From an uncultured candidate division Zixibacteria bacterium (GTDB lineage Bacteria > Zixibacteria > MSB-5A5 > GN15 > FEB-12): a DNA stretch of 64,000 bases. Position numbers and translations under genes: made by a program. Positions 11,521 through 22,134 of this stretch are shown here, piece by piece. How positions within the stretch are numbered: the first letter of the stretch is position 1; every line of letters starts with the position of its first letter. The notes under the pieces are model-generated. The model saw only the letters and a list, made by a program, of their open reading frames with translations, ran no database searches and had not been told where the DNA came from. Location: NCBI GenBank assembly GCA_963664195.1, contig OY760907.1, positions 1,184,001-1,248,000 of the forward strand. Direction: 5' to 3'.

Positions 11521-11916
11521 ATCTACCTCCGACGACTATCAGAGTCTACTCCTCATATACACTTATAACATCGGAAAAAACACTGGTCTTGCACAGAAAT
11601 CGGGCAGATTTAGCCACAAGATTGCTCCGTTTCCCGTATTCAGAGCCTTATTATAGTGACTACTTCCAACAAGTCAACTAAATTCGCCTCTCTTCCTGTC
11701 GGTGACTATGATGCCGTCTGCAAAGACTGCTGTCTGCCCCAGACTGGCATCTCTTGGGACAACCCCACCATTCCAGACGCATAGACCAATTCCAATGCCT
11801 GTCGTATCTTCCATGCAGATCGCTCTGTTCGCCGCCAGTTACCGTCCGTTCTGTCATCCTAATGTCATGTAGACCCACAAAACTACGATATCAAGTGAAA
11901 AGTATCACAATGCCCC

Positions 11917-11945
11917 TTGACAACCCGCCTCACATGGTATATCTT
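11917..11945 (+). promoter_or_regulatory. Sigma-70 promoter
   Basis: TTGACA (11917-11922), 17-nt spacer, TATCTT (11940-11945). Confidence 0.7.
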
Positions 11946-11951
11946 TGTATC

Positions 11952-11980
11952 TAAATGAAAATGAGTGTCATTTTCATTTA
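11952..11980. promoter_or_regulatory. Fur-box-like operator
   Basis: Perfect 13-bp inverted repeat TAAATGAAAATGA-gtg-TCATTTTCATTTA lying over the predicted transcription start. Confidence 0.7.
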
Positions 11981-12197
11981 AGTATTGCTAGTTGAAAACA
12001 CCCGATCGGCACGGCCGGGTGAGGCGCTAACCTATTGCAAAACAAGGGGAAAACGCACCTCCTACAGGTATGCCCAATAGTGTTGGTGAAGATAACCAAC
12101 TTCGACAACAACACTAGCGTGGTGATCATGAGATGAATCGAAGTGGGGGGCTATCGAGACAACCGGAAACGTTTTTCAGAAGGAATGAAATGGCGGT

Positions 12198-13415
12198 ATG
12201 TGGAAACAAATCGGAATTACACTGACCTATGGACTGGTCCTGATACTTGCATCTGCCCAGCCTGGCAGCGCAAATGACAACGATGAAGCGGTAACGATTG
12301 AATTGCCCGAAGTACACATGGAGCTGGCCCTCCAGAGTGATATCTACTCTAACGGCGACTCTACCTACTTCGCCGGCATGGCCAAGCGGGCGCACACCGG
12401 TTTCACTATCCGCGAAGCCAAAGTCGTGATCGAAGGTGTGTATGAAGACTATCTGGAGTACAATCTCGAAATGGGAACAGCGGCGTGTCTCGACGGAGGC
12501 TTCATGGTTCTGGAGGCCGGCATTTTTCTCAAACCGCTGGCGCACGTGAAACTCGGCGTCACCAAAGGACACGTCTTGCGTGGGTTTGAAATGTACCATG
12601 ACTGCGTCCATTTGCTAACAGCAGAGAAACCGATCTTCGCCACAGAGTTTAGCCCCTGCCACCCGCTTGGCGCTACCGTTGAGTTTGAACAGGACTTTGA
12701 TGATAACTCAGGCATTCTCGCCCAGCTCGTTGTTGCAGAAGGCAGCGGCGGTACCGCGGACGAAGAGCATGACATCAACATGGGTGTTCACTATCGCACG
12801 CCTATCCCGGGCCTCACTTTAGCAGGCAGCTACACGTTTTGGAAATGGAATGCTGTCTACATGCGCAAAGATTCTGTCCAGACTCCCGGCGGCGCCCGCG
12901 ATGACTACACGTATTTCTTTGCCGAAGAGCGCACCGCTTACGACGGCTATCGCGCTATCTTCGGAGTCGATTATGAAAATCACGACCTCTCCCTCCGCGC
13001 CGAGGGGTTCACAGGCAAAGCCTTCAAAGACGCTCTGGATATGCCCTACTACGCGGATATCTGGGCTGACTCCTCAAACACCGTCAAGATCACAGGCGCT
13101 CCGTTTGAAGACCTTGAGATGCGGGCAATGCTCGTACAGGGCGGCTACAAGGTGCCGCTCAGATACCCCAAGTTCAGATACATCCAACCTTATGTCCAGT
13201 ACCAGTGGTGGGACCAGGCTTCCAATCTTGACAACGGCGACTATGCAAGCAGCTTCTTTACAATCGGCGTAAACATCGGCGTCGGATCGGGAAGCGCCTT
13301 ATTCAAACTCGACTATCAAACCTGTATTGACTTCGCCGACGATGGTGGCATACCAGGCTACGGAGAGGAACAGCACGCGGATCGCGTCCTCGCCCGACTG
13401 CAGATAGGCATCTAA
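12198..13415 (+). CDS. Outer-membrane porin-like beta-barrel protein (OprO/P-like architecture)
   Basis: Signal peptide; amphipathic beta-strand pattern (GFTIREAKV, YIQPYVQYQWWD); ends in ARLQIGI. Confidence 0.65.
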   Translation: MWKQIGITLTYGLVLILASAQPGSANDNDEAVTIELPEVHMELALQSDIYSNGDSTYFAGMAKRAHTGFTIREAKVVIEGVYEDYLEYNLEMGTAACLDGGFMVLEAGIFLKPLAHVKLGVTKGHVLRGFEMYHDCVHLLTAEKPIFATEFSPCHPLGATVEFEQDFDDNSGILAQLVVAEGSGGTADEEHDINMGVHYRTPIPGLTLAGSYTFWKWNAVYMRKDSVQTPGGARDDYTYFFAEERTAYDGYRAIFGVDYENHDLSLRAEGFTGKAFKDALDMPYYADIWADSSNTVKITGAPFEDLEMRAMLVQGGYKVPLRYPKFRYIQPYVQYQWWDQASNLDNGDYASSFFTIGVNIGVGSGSALFKLDYQTCIDFADDGGIPGYGEEQHADRVLARLQIGI

Positions 13416-13483
13416 CATGCAAAACAGCAAATAAGTTATACGATTAGATATTGGCGTAACAACCTTAGAAAGCGAGAGTACCG

Positions 13484-15199
13484 ATGACCACAATCAAAGC
13501 TATCATCGTCTTGATGACTCTGGTTCTCTGTGCCGCACCGCTTACGATTGCCGACACCGGCGATACGGAGTGGACAGTGTCACTGAACCGAGCAGCTCTG
13601 ACCGACGGTGTCTATCCGCCGGCCAGCAATCCTCCCACTCCGGAGACAACCAAGGACAGAGCACAACTGCTATGGGAAGACTTCGAAGGAGCAACCTTCC
13701 CTCCCACCGGCTGGGACACGCTCAATCTGAACGAAGGCTACGGCTGGATGTTCAGTACCTTCCAGGGCGGCGGCACCCAGGCGGCCATGGTGATCTGGGA
13801 CCAGACCGCACCCGTCACGCTACAGGATGAGTGGCTGATCACACCTTCACTCGACGTCTCGACAGCAGGCTCCCAGCTACGCCTCGAGTTCTATATGCTC
13901 CAGGGATACGACTATCCACACGACTTCAGGGTGCATGTCACCGATGACGAAGGCGCCACCTGGACGGAGTTGTTTGACTCCGAGGGAACTGGCTACCCGG
14001 ACCATGAATGGTACTTCGTCAGCGTCCCCCTGACCGATTGGGTCGGCCATGCGACACCTATTCGGATCGCTTTCCAGTACTACGGTGTCGATGCCGACCT
14101 GTTCGGCGTTGACAACGTCGAGGTCACCGATGAAGATGCTGCGGTCGGTCGCTGCTGCATCTACACCGATCCGCTCAACCCGGATTGCCAGGACAACATC
14201 ACTCAGGCTGACTGTAACGCGCTCGGCGGTATCTGGGCCGAAGGTCTCGACTGCACGTCGAGTCCCTGCCCGCTCCAGGGGCAGCAACTGGAACCGTCCG
14301 ACGACATGTACACCGATCCGAGTAGTGGCGACGGTCATCCGCACCCGGTCGAGGAAACCGGTTTGTGGACAGCCGACTTCTCCGGCGCCGGACACTATGA
14401 ACGTGTCAGTTTGAAATGGGATGTCTCAGCATACGCCGGGCAGACCGCGGACAGCGCTTTCATCAATATCTATCGCTATTTCCGCTGCCCGGGCAGCGGC
14501 TACACCATGTGCGACCTTTATGTTGCCACAGAAGACTGGGACGAGGATACCTGGAATGATTACGTTCATATATCCCATGCCGCCACCCCGTTTGCGGCCT
14601 TCAATTTCGGACCCGCCCTCGACTGGTTCCGTATCAACGTCTCGAACGTCGTCAATCAGTGGCTCGACGGAACACAGCAACCCTACGGCATTGTCATCCA
14701 GGCCCAGTCCGGACAAAAGTGGAGCAAGTTCTACTCCAAGGAAGGCACCTACGCCCCCTACCTGGAACTGTACGGCGTAACGATCGACAATGACCCTGAC
14801 AACGACGGTGTCCCGACAGGAACCGACAACTGCGAAGGAACACCGAATCCCGGGCAGGAGGACGGTGACACCGACGGTATTGGCGATGCCTGCGACAACT
14901 GCCCAGACGTCGCCAATTCGGGGCAGGAAGACGCCGATTCTGACGGCATTGGCGATGTATGCGATGGTTGCTGCACCGGACCGTCCGTCGGCAATGTCGA
15001 CGGCTCAACAGACGATCTCGTAACCATGGGCGATTTGACAGTTCTAATCGACCACCTCTTCATCTCGCTCACGCCGCTTGATTGCCTCGATGAAGGAAAC
15101 ACGGATATGAGCGCCGACGGTCTTGTCACCATGGGTGACCTGACGGTGCTGATTGACGCCCTGTTTATCAGTCTGAATTCCCTTCCGCCGTGCCCGTAG
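13484..15199 (+). CDS. Secreted multidomain protein: cleaved-adhesin/MAM-like, Cys-rich linker, DNRLRE-like, TSP3 repeats, dockerin-like C-terminus
   Basis: Signal peptide; EDFEG..FPPTGW and DEWLITP; GRCC..C; DNC...PGQEDGDTDGIGDACDNC repeats; duplicated VTMGDLTVLID.LFISL. Confidence 0.8.
   Translation: MTTIKAIIVLMTLVLCAAPLTIADTGDTEWTVSLNRAALTDGVYPPASNPPTPETTKDRAQLLWEDFEGATFPPTGWDTLNLNEGYGWMFSTFQGGGTQAAMVIWDQTAPVTLQDEWLITPSLDVSTAGSQLRLEFYMLQGYDYPHDFRVHVTDDEGATWTELFDSEGTGYPDHEWYFVSVPLTDWVGHATPIRIAFQYYGVDADLFGVDNVEVTDEDAAVGRCCIYTDPLNPDCQDNITQADCNALGGIWAEGLDCTSSPCPLQGQQLEPSDDMYTDPSSGDGHPHPVEETGLWTADFSGAGHYERVSLKWDVSAYAGQTADSAFINIYRYFRCPGSGYTMCDLYVATEDWDEDTWNDYVHISHAATPFAAFNFGPALDWFRINVSNVVNQWLDGTQQPYGIVIQAQSGQKWSKFYSKEGTYAPYLELYGVTIDNDPDNDGVPTGTDNCEGTPNPGQEDGDTDGIGDACDNCPDVANSGQEDADSDGIGDVCDGCCTGPSVGNVDGSTDDLVTMGDLTVLIDHLFISLTPLDCLDEGNTDMSADGLVTMGDLTVLIDALFISLNSLPPCP
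14808..14963 (+). repeat. Thrombospondin type-3 calcium-binding repeats (coding)
   Basis: GQEDGDTDGIGDACD / GQEDADSDGIGDVCD duplicated at protein and DNA level. Confidence 0.8.
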
Positions 15200-15451
15200 G
15201 CCGCGGCCAAGCTCGCCCCGAGTCTCACCGGTGAAGAGCGAGGCTTGTGGCCTGCGGGTAAGGTAATCAGGCGAAACCCGGCGGCGGAGAATCTCTTCGT
15301 CGCCGGTACTCGTTTGCAAACGTAGCTCGTCGTCTCATAGAGTCAAGCTACGTTACAGAGTTCCTCTGCACGGGACATCCGGGTGGGGCGTTCATATCTG
15401 GAGACACCGAGTAGTCGGCTCATCGCAATCCATTACAACGCATAACCCCAC

Positions 15452-16039
15452 TCACCTTCTTCCTGTGTCGTCACATCGCCCCTGCGGCCACAGCCAGCCG
15501 AAAATGCCGGCGGTGCACAGGGAGTAGATGAGGCCGTCGAACATAGATTTGAACGTCGAACACCACTTGCGCTTGTACCAGATCGCATTCTGCAACAATG
15601 CCAAAGAGTGGCCGGCGAAAGCAACGGTACCAACCACGCGGAACACCGTCAGGTAATGTGTCTCCGGCGTCAGCACAACCCCGGCCAGATACGCGGCAAA
15701 AAAACTGACTACCAGGCTGTAAACAAACCAGAGCGCCAGGCTCGATCCCATCTTCGTCTGCCCGCCCGGCATAACGGTCATGAGTACCACCGGCCCTTTG
15801 TTCATCTTGTCCAAGAATTTCTCATCCTTCATCGACTCCGTACCCTCGCCACAGGGAAACATGTAGTCACCGGGCGGGATATCGAATTGGCGGAGAGCAT
15901 CCTGAACGTCGTCCTCGGACGGGACCTTCACAAAATCGTTTTGATGATACTGCAGCAGCATGTGCAACACAGAGCTGACAATGAAAACAAGAACGGCCGA
16001 AAGCAAAATCGGCAACCAGAGAGAAACCAGAGAAACCAT
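15452..16039 (-). CDS. Conserved hypothetical integral membrane protein
   Basis: Start MVSLVSLWLPILLSA after GAGG; four hydrophobic segments; PPGDYMFP motif. Confidence 0.75.
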   Translation of the reverse strand: MVSLVSLWLPILLSAVLVFIVSSVLHMLLQYHQNDFVKVPSEDDVQDALRQFDIPPGDYMFPCGEGTESMKDEKFLDKMNKGPVVLMTVMPGGQTKMGSSLALWFVYSLVVSFFAAYLAGVVLTPETHYLTVFRVVGTVAFAGHSLALLQNAIWYKRKWCSTFKSMFDGLIYSLCTAGIFGWLWPQGRCDDTGRR

Positions 16040-16285
16040 TTGTGTACCTCGCGTCAATTAGGAAAGAGTTCATCGACTGTAAACAACAATCCATTTTGTT
16101 GGCATTTGTTCTGCGAGTGGCGTACCTAAATCATCTCTCGAACCGCTGCTGATTGTCCCGGCAAACTCTCTCCCCGGCTTGGGCATGGACTTGCTGATAA
16201 GTCAGTTTCCCAGCAACAATCCCGCTCCTCCCGACGTAAATAGACTACCAAAAGTCAACCCGCAGCATGGAACACTATATCAATT

Positions 16286-17569
16286 ATGAAGATAATCATA
16301 ACGATAGCCTTACTCACGTTGAGTCTTGCCTTTGTAGCTTCGGCACAGCCGGATTCAGGGGGCGATACCGATCCGGGCATAGCAAGTCTGGACACCGTCT
16401 GGCAGACCGTATCAGAGTACCATTACGACACCACCTTCGGTGGCGTCAATTGGCAAGAAATCCACGACCGGTACTACGAGACAGCACGGACAATCAAGGA
16501 TGACGACTCGCTCATTCAACTCATGAACGACATGCTGCTGGAACTGAAGCTGTCCCACTACGCAGTGTTCCGCCCCGAGAAGAAGGCCGACGGAGGGTCT
16601 CAACTAATATCTGCGGGCAGCATCGGCCTCGGACTCAGGCTATTTGGTGAGGAGGCAGTTATCACTTCGTTGAAGCCTGACTTCCCGGCCGCGAGGGCAG
16701 GACTGAAACCCGGCTACGCAATCACAGGCATCAACGGTGTCTCTGTGCAGCAGATGTTAAGCGATGCCGCAGACAGCCACATCTCCCATTTCAGTGAACG
16801 CCGAAAAGTCAGCGACATGTGCGACGCAATCTACGGTTGCACTTTCGGCCAACCCGGCGATACGGTAGTGATTGCTTACAAGGATGAGGACGGTATGTCT
16901 CGCGAGGCTACCCTCCTTATGCAACAACGACCGGGAGGCACCATAATAGACGAAGACTTCCCGACCGTGTACGTCGACTGCAGCTCCGCGCGGCTGGCGG
17001 ACGATATCGGCTATATCTATTTCAGTGCCGTCCTTCCTCCGGCGGATTCGTTCTTCCTCACCGCGATCGAGAAACTTAGTGACGTTCGGGGACTTGTCAT
17101 AGACATTAGGGGAAATCCCGGTGGTATGCATACGGTCGGCGAAACGATTGCATCAAAACTGATAGGCGAGAAAATGGTCTTCTCCGTATTCAAGTATCGG
17201 GACGGCACGGTAGAGGTTTCGGTTGAGCCGAATCCCCCTGTCTTCGAGGGTCCGATTGCCATATTGGTCGATGTGATGAACGCCTCAGCCAGTGAGCGGT
17301 TCTCGGGATGCATGCAGTCAATCGGACGTGCCACGATAATCGGCGAGCAAAGCCCCGGCTCGGTCGGACCATCGAATTTCAAGATTCTTCCCAACGGTGC
17401 TACGTTCATGTATCTCATAGCGCAGTCTCTAACACCCGACGGTACAGTGCTGGAGGGTCACGGAGTCGTGCCGGACATCATCGAGCCGTTGGACAGGGAG
17501 GCACTGCTGAAGGGCGTGGACACGCAGATTCAGCGGGCGGTTGAGTTTCTCAAGAATGAAGTGGAGTGA
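16286..17569 (+). CDS. S41 family peptidase (PDZ + C-terminal protease domain)
   Basis: Signal peptide; PAARAGLKPG (PDZ); DIRGNPGG, ASASE and EGHGVVPD motifs. Confidence 0.92.
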   Translation: MKIIITIALLTLSLAFVASAQPDSGGDTDPGIASLDTVWQTVSEYHYDTTFGGVNWQEIHDRYYETARTIKDDDSLIQLMNDMLLELKLSHYAVFRPEKKADGGSQLISAGSIGLGLRLFGEEAVITSLKPDFPAARAGLKPGYAITGINGVSVQQMLSDAADSHISHFSERRKVSDMCDAIYGCTFGQPGDTVVIAYKDEDGMSREATLLMQQRPGGTIIDEDFPTVYVDCSSARLADDIGYIYFSAVLPPADSFFLTAIEKLSDVRGLVIDIRGNPGGMHTVGETIASKLIGEKMVFSVFKYRDGTVEVSVEPNPPVFEGPIAILVDVMNASASERFSGCMQSIGRATIIGEQSPGSVGPSNFKILPNGATFMYLIAQSLTPDGTVLEGHGVVPDIIEPLDREALLKGVDTQIQRAVEFLKNEVE

Positions 17570-17709
17570 ATGCGGCCCCGGCATCAAAGCTTGTAGATAA
17601 GGTGTCTTCCGTCTATTTCGTGATTATGTTACTTCTGTCGCTCATTCGTGGCCGATATCTCTATACTGCCCTGGCATTGGTTCGCAGCCAGCGCTGATAA
17701 CTCAAGAAA

Positions 17710-17740
17710 ATCGGCCCGCACTATTCATCGCGGGCCGACT
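17710..17740. terminator. Hairpin between convergent genes, probable terminator
   Basis: TCGGCCCGC-actattcatc-GCGGGCCGA with an A-run on the left flank. Confidence 0.6.
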
Positions 17741-17751
17741 TCGTTTGTCAC

Positions 17752-19842
17752 TTAGATTCCGTAGCAGAGACTGATTCGCACCGAGCGCGGGAGCGCCGGA
17801 TGATAATGGACGTCTTCCGTTTCGCCGGCAATCTCGCCGGCCAGTTTGCTTCCATAGTAGTACTGGATATCGTTGTCTTCTTCGTCGAACAGATTCAACA
17901 CACTGAACGCCAGCGTAATGTCATTGAATCGATAGGACAACGTAGTATTGACCATAGTTGAAGGCTCAGCCCGCCGGCCGTTGTCTTCGATAAGCGCATA
18001 CTCGCCGAAATGCCGGACTCTCACCGCACCGGCCAGCCCGCTGGGATGATCCCAGGTAACACCGGCTGAGAGCACGCTCTCGAGGGCTCCGGGAATACGG
18101 TCCTCAGCGCCGACATCTTTCAAGCGGGAACGGGTCAGGGCCAGATCCAGATCAAAAAACAACTGCCGACTGAAATTGAAGGCATTGGCAAACTCGATTC
18201 CTGTGCGACGGCTCTTGTCACTCGGCTCTGTCGCCCCGCCATCTCCGACGAAAAGCAACTCGGAGTCAAGTTCCAGCCACCAGAGGGCGACTGTCGACTG
18301 CAGGTTCTTCACCGGTGACACTCTCACACCAAATTCCGCTCCGGTTGAGCGCACCAACGCATCGACTTTCTCCGTCGCCTCGCCGCTCGTCGGATCCACT
18401 TTGATAGTCGCACCACGGGCGTCATTGCTGTGGAATCCCAGACCCGCGTTGCCGTAGAACTCAACTCCGGAGAACGGACCGACCGCCACGCTCAACTTGG
18501 GACTGAGTATGGCGTCCGTCTCCGTTCCACCGTTCTCAGCAAGGGAACGAGCATCGACATCAAAGTGAAACAGGTCGCCGCGAAGTCCAATCTCGGTACG
18601 AAGCTTGTCGGACCAGTGCGAGGATACACTGAAATACGCGCCGGTCGTCAACTGGGTCACTTCGTCCTCACGTATGGTCGAAACCCGACGACGCTGCTCC
18701 GTTGAGTAGAGGCCGATATCCTGAATGAAATCCGCCCGCATCTGGACCCCTGCCCTGATAGCCTGTTCGCGCCCGAGAGCGTGCGTGGCCATCGTGATGC
18801 CCGAACTTGCCCCGACAATCGTGCGATTGTCATATTGCTCGAACTGATCACCGGTTACACTGTCCGCCGCGAAGTAGGTGAAGTTGGAAAACAGATCCAT
18901 CTCGTATTTCACGAGATAGAAATTCGTCTGAAGCGAACTGCTTCCCATGTATCGATCCCAGATACCCGAAAGACTGTACCGGCTTGACGTACCACCGAGT
19001 GTTGAATCGATCTGGCCGTACGGCGAGATCAAACCGGACTCAACCGCTCGCCGCGGAATCTGATCGGAAGCGGCCCAGTCGTTATCGTAGCCGAGAAACA
19101 GGAAAGAGAAACGATCCCGTCCCTCGTCTGGCGTCGAGTATCGCGCCAGGATACTGGTCTTTTTGAGATTCTCCGGCACGTCCCACGGGCCGTCGTATCC
19201 CTTCATCTCAGCCCCGATCAGCAAATCCCCCGCGCCCGCTTTCTGGCTGATACCGGCAACTGCGCGACGGTAACCGTCTTCGCCGACCTCGAACTTGAGC
19301 AGGTTGCCATTCATTCGTTTCTTGAGATTGATTCGAGCCGATCCGGCACTACTGAAGTCACCTATATCCGCAGAATACACACCCTTGTGGAATTCGATAT
19401 CCGACACAAATTCAGGAACCAGGAAATGAATGTCCGTATATCCATGGCCGTGAGCATGCGTCGGCAGGTTGATCGGCATTCCTTCCACCGAAGTGCTGAA
19501 GTCCGTGCCGTGGTCGAGATTGAACCCCCGGAGAAACATCTGGTTCCCCTTGCCGCCGCCGCTGTGCTGAGTGGCAATAAACCCCGGGCTGGTTTCCAGC
19601 AGCTCCGCCTCGCGAAGCAGCGGGCGAAGCCGGAAATCCTCATAACTCACCCGCACTTCGGACGCCGAGGACGCGATCCCGGTCAGGTCCCTGTGACGTC
19701 CGACAACACGGATTGTATCTCCGAGATTCTCAACGCGGATCGAGTCCGGAGTCTCCTGCCGGCTATCCGCGAACAGACTCGGCATGGCCAGCAGCAAGCT
19801 GACCAACAGGGTGACGGAAAGAAGTCTTATTGATTTGATCAT
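17752..19842 (-). CDS. TonB-dependent receptor (family often linked to Ni/Co uptake)
   Basis: ATG at 19842 after GGAGG; plug motif TQHSGGGKGNQMFLRGFNLDHGTDF, HAHGHGY; beta-barrel ending NLFD...HYHP..PRSVR. Confidence 0.9.
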   Translation of the reverse strand: MIKSIRLLSVTLLVSLLLAMPSLFADSRQETPDSIRVENLGDTIRVVGRHRDLTGIASSASEVRVSYEDFRLRPLLREAELLETSPGFIATQHSGGGKGNQMFLRGFNLDHGTDFSTSVEGMPINLPTHAHGHGYTDIHFLVPEFVSDIEFHKGVYSADIGDFSSAGSARINLKKRMNGNLLKFEVGEDGYRRAVAGISQKAGAGDLLIGAEMKGYDGPWDVPENLKKTSILARYSTPDEGRDRFSFLFLGYDNDWAASDQIPRRAVESGLISPYGQIDSTLGGTSSRYSLSGIWDRYMGSSSLQTNFYLVKYEMDLFSNFTYFAADSVTGDQFEQYDNRTIVGASSGITMATHALGREQAIRAGVQMRADFIQDIGLYSTEQRRRVSTIREDEVTQLTTGAYFSVSSHWSDKLRTEIGLRGDLFHFDVDARSLAENGGTETDAILSPKLSVAVGPFSGVEFYGNAGLGFHSNDARGATIKVDPTSGEATEKVDALVRSTGAEFGVRVSPVKNLQSTVALWWLELDSELLFVGDGGATEPSDKSRRTGIEFANAFNFSRQLFFDLDLALTRSRLKDVGAEDRIPGALESVLSAGVTWDHPSGLAGAVRVRHFGEYALIEDNGRRAEPSTMVNTTLSYRFNDITLAFSVLNLFDEEDNDIQYYYGSKLAGEIAGETEDVHYHPALPRSVRISLCYGI

Positions 19843-20234
19843 GATTTTGTGGCAACCTCCTTGCCTGACATTGATGATGTTCCCGGCAACAGACCGGACC
19901 GTGGTGCAGTGTGTCGAACAGGACTTCACACACCATATGCGCCGCTACGGAAATGTCAACACACAGGTTGTCAAAAGGACCATCAACTCCGCAAAAACAG
20001 TAAAAAACAGGCTTCACGTATATATGTTTGTATTACTTTTTGATGATTTTGCACGGTTTCAGAAAAGGTGAGCGAATGACTTCTGGAGAATCAAGCGCGC
20101 CTCCTCCCCATGTCCAATGTCCCACCGACGCCAACAAAGCCCTACCGGTTTGGAATGACTCTCTCTCTCCCGCGCACTAATTCTTGACATCTATGGAGGA
20201 AGCAGGTTTAATGTGCGCAAGAGAGGGCCTTATT

Positions 20235-21980
20235 ATGAAATCACTACTGCTATCCTGTCTGCTGTTAGTCTTGTCGCTGTTGACCGCCAACGCCCAGACA
20301 CCCTGCGATGACATTGCCGAACATCCTATCAGGTTCGCTATTCTCGGAGATCGAACCGGCGAACACGTTCCGGGCGTATTCGGCGCCTGTGTGGAGGAAG
20401 TCGCCCGACTTCGACCGGATTTCGTCATGACGGTCGGTGACGCAATTGAAGGGTACACCGCCGATACTGTCGAATTGCGCAAGGAGTGGCAGGAATACTT
20501 CCAGATTATTGAGCCGCTCAAAATGCCTGTCTATCACACACCCGGCAATCATGACATCACTTTCGATGCCATGGAACCGTTTTATCGGTCCGTCATGGGA
20601 AAGCCAGATTACTCCTTCGACCATCGAGGCGTGCATATCATCGTGCTGGACAACAGCCGGCAGGACGCCCCGAACATCATCGCCGAAGAACAACTCAACT
20701 GGCTAAGAAATGACCTCGAGTCGCATGCCGATGCCTGCTACACTATAGTGTTCTTCCACCAGCCGTTCTGGTATCGAACTCTTGGCGACGGCAAACCGGA
20801 TGTCCTGCACGACATGTTCAAAACCCACGGAGTCGATGCGGTCTTCAATGGCCATTTCCACAAGTACTTCTCTGCTGAGTTTGACGGTATCAAATACACT
20901 GCCTTCGGTAGCTCGGGAGGAAGTACCGAGGAAAGCCCCGACGGCCTCCTGTACCATTTTGGATGGGTGACAATCGACGGCGAGGGCATTCACTCGGTGC
21001 CGATCAAGAAAGGCGCGGTGTTGCCATGGGACGCACAGCGGGTCGGAGATCTTCGCACTGCCTATCTCGTCCGGCAATTCGGTATGCAGTTTGTGGAACC
21101 GCTCCCCCTCGGCAATGACTTGACTCTCACATCACACACTATTGAAGTTGCACTGCAGAACCAGCTTCCCGGCATCACGCATACTGACACGCTGCGCTGG
21201 GATCTGCCGGAGGGCTGGACGGTCGAACCTGAGACGTTCGCCTACCAACTCACAGCAGATACACCGCTCACCCTGCCGTTCACTGTCAATTGTTCAGGCA
21301 AACTCTATCCGCTCCCGTCTTTGTCCGCACGCCTCCCATACATGGAAGGCGGCACAACGGTCATTAGCCGAACGCTCGAAGTCGCACGCACCCTGACCGG
21401 CACTCCAGCCATCGACATCGTCGTCGACGGTAAGCTATCGGAAACCTGCTGGCGTGAACCGCTCACGACTCTGTTCGACGGCAACGGCAATCTCGGCGAG
21501 CGAGATTCAGTTGCCGTCTACTTTTCATACGACAAGGATAACCTGTACCTGGGAGTGTATTGCCACGAATCAGTCATGGATTCGCTTCTGGCTGAGCTGA
21601 CCGGGCGAGATGCCGCGGTCTACGCCGAAGATGCGTTCGGGCTTCTCTATCAACCCGATCCTCCTCGCGGAGACGTGTACCAATTTTATGTCAATCCGCT
21701 GGGAACTGTCTATGACCAGCGCATCAGCCAACAATCCGACGGCTACTGGTCCGGCGATCCCTCATGGAACGGCGAGTACATTGTGAAAACAGACCGGGGC
21801 GACGACTTCTTCACTATCGAGGCCTGCATTCCGATGTCCCAACTCGGTGTAACAATCGAATCAGGAGAGACCTGGCGGGTGAACTTCCGGCGCAAACAAC
21901 ACCGCTTGAATGACTCCTATGCCCTGCAGGTTCCGTGGAGCTATGACCCGTCGACTCTGGGAGCGCTGCGATTCAAGTAA
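20235..21980 (+). CDS. Secreted calcineurin-like metallophosphoesterase with C-terminal CBM9/DOMON-like domain
   Basis: GD, VGD, PGNHD, FFHQP and GHFH motifs; [16 protein letters not shown] and EACIP in the C-terminal part. Confidence 0.85.
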   Translation: MKSLLLSCLLLVLSLLTANAQTPCDDIAEHPIRFAILGDRTGEHVPGVFGACVEEVARLRPDFVMTVGDAIEGYTADTVELRKEWQEYFQIIEPLKMPVYHTPGNHDITFDAMEPFYRSVMGKPDYSFDHRGVHIIVLDNSRQDAPNIIAEEQLNWLRNDLESHADACYTIVFFHQPFWYRTLGDGKPDVLHDMFKTHGVDAVFNGHFHKYFSAEFDGIKYTAFGSSGGSTEESPDGLLYHFGWVTIDGEGIHSVPIKKGAVLPWDAQRVGDLRTAYLVRQFGMQFVEPLPLGNDLTLTSHTIEVALQNQLPGITHTDTLRWDLPEGWTVEPETFAYQLTADTPLTLPFTVNCSGKLYPLPSLSARLPYMEGGTTVISRTLEVARTLTGTPAIDIVVDGKLSETCWREPLTTLFDGNGNLGERDSVAVYFSYDKDNLYLGVYCHESVMDSLLAELTGRDAAVYAEDAFGLLYQPDPPRGDVYQFYVNPLGTVYDQRISQQSDGYWSGDPSWNGEYIVKTDRGDDFFTIEACIPMSQLGVTIESGETWRVNFRRKQHRLNDSYALQVPWSYDPSTLGALRFK

Positions 21981-22134
21981 TACGATTGCGGGGGTTCGTG
22001 TTGCCATGCTGCCGGACAGATCGCCGCACGGCACGCGAAACCTTGCGACGAATGGTAGGCTCAGGTCGCGCTCTTTAAGTCTTGTCGGCAACGTATCACT
22101 GATCAATGGTGTCTTTTTATCAAAGGAGGTGCTC

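Noticed and set aside
12015..12070. Lysine or c-di-GMP riboswitch in the porin leader
   Set aside because: Only fragmentary resemblance; the core conserved motifs were not found
19763..20017. Cys/His-rich ORF upstream of the first TonB receptor as a DUF2946-like leader
   Set aside because: No RBS, no RAPP-like end, overlaps the receptor start and spans a likely TTGACA-N16-TATGGT promoter
21910..22134. Longer N-terminus for the peroxiredoxin ORF
   Set aside because: Overlaps the previous gene; the strong RBS sits before the ATG at 22135
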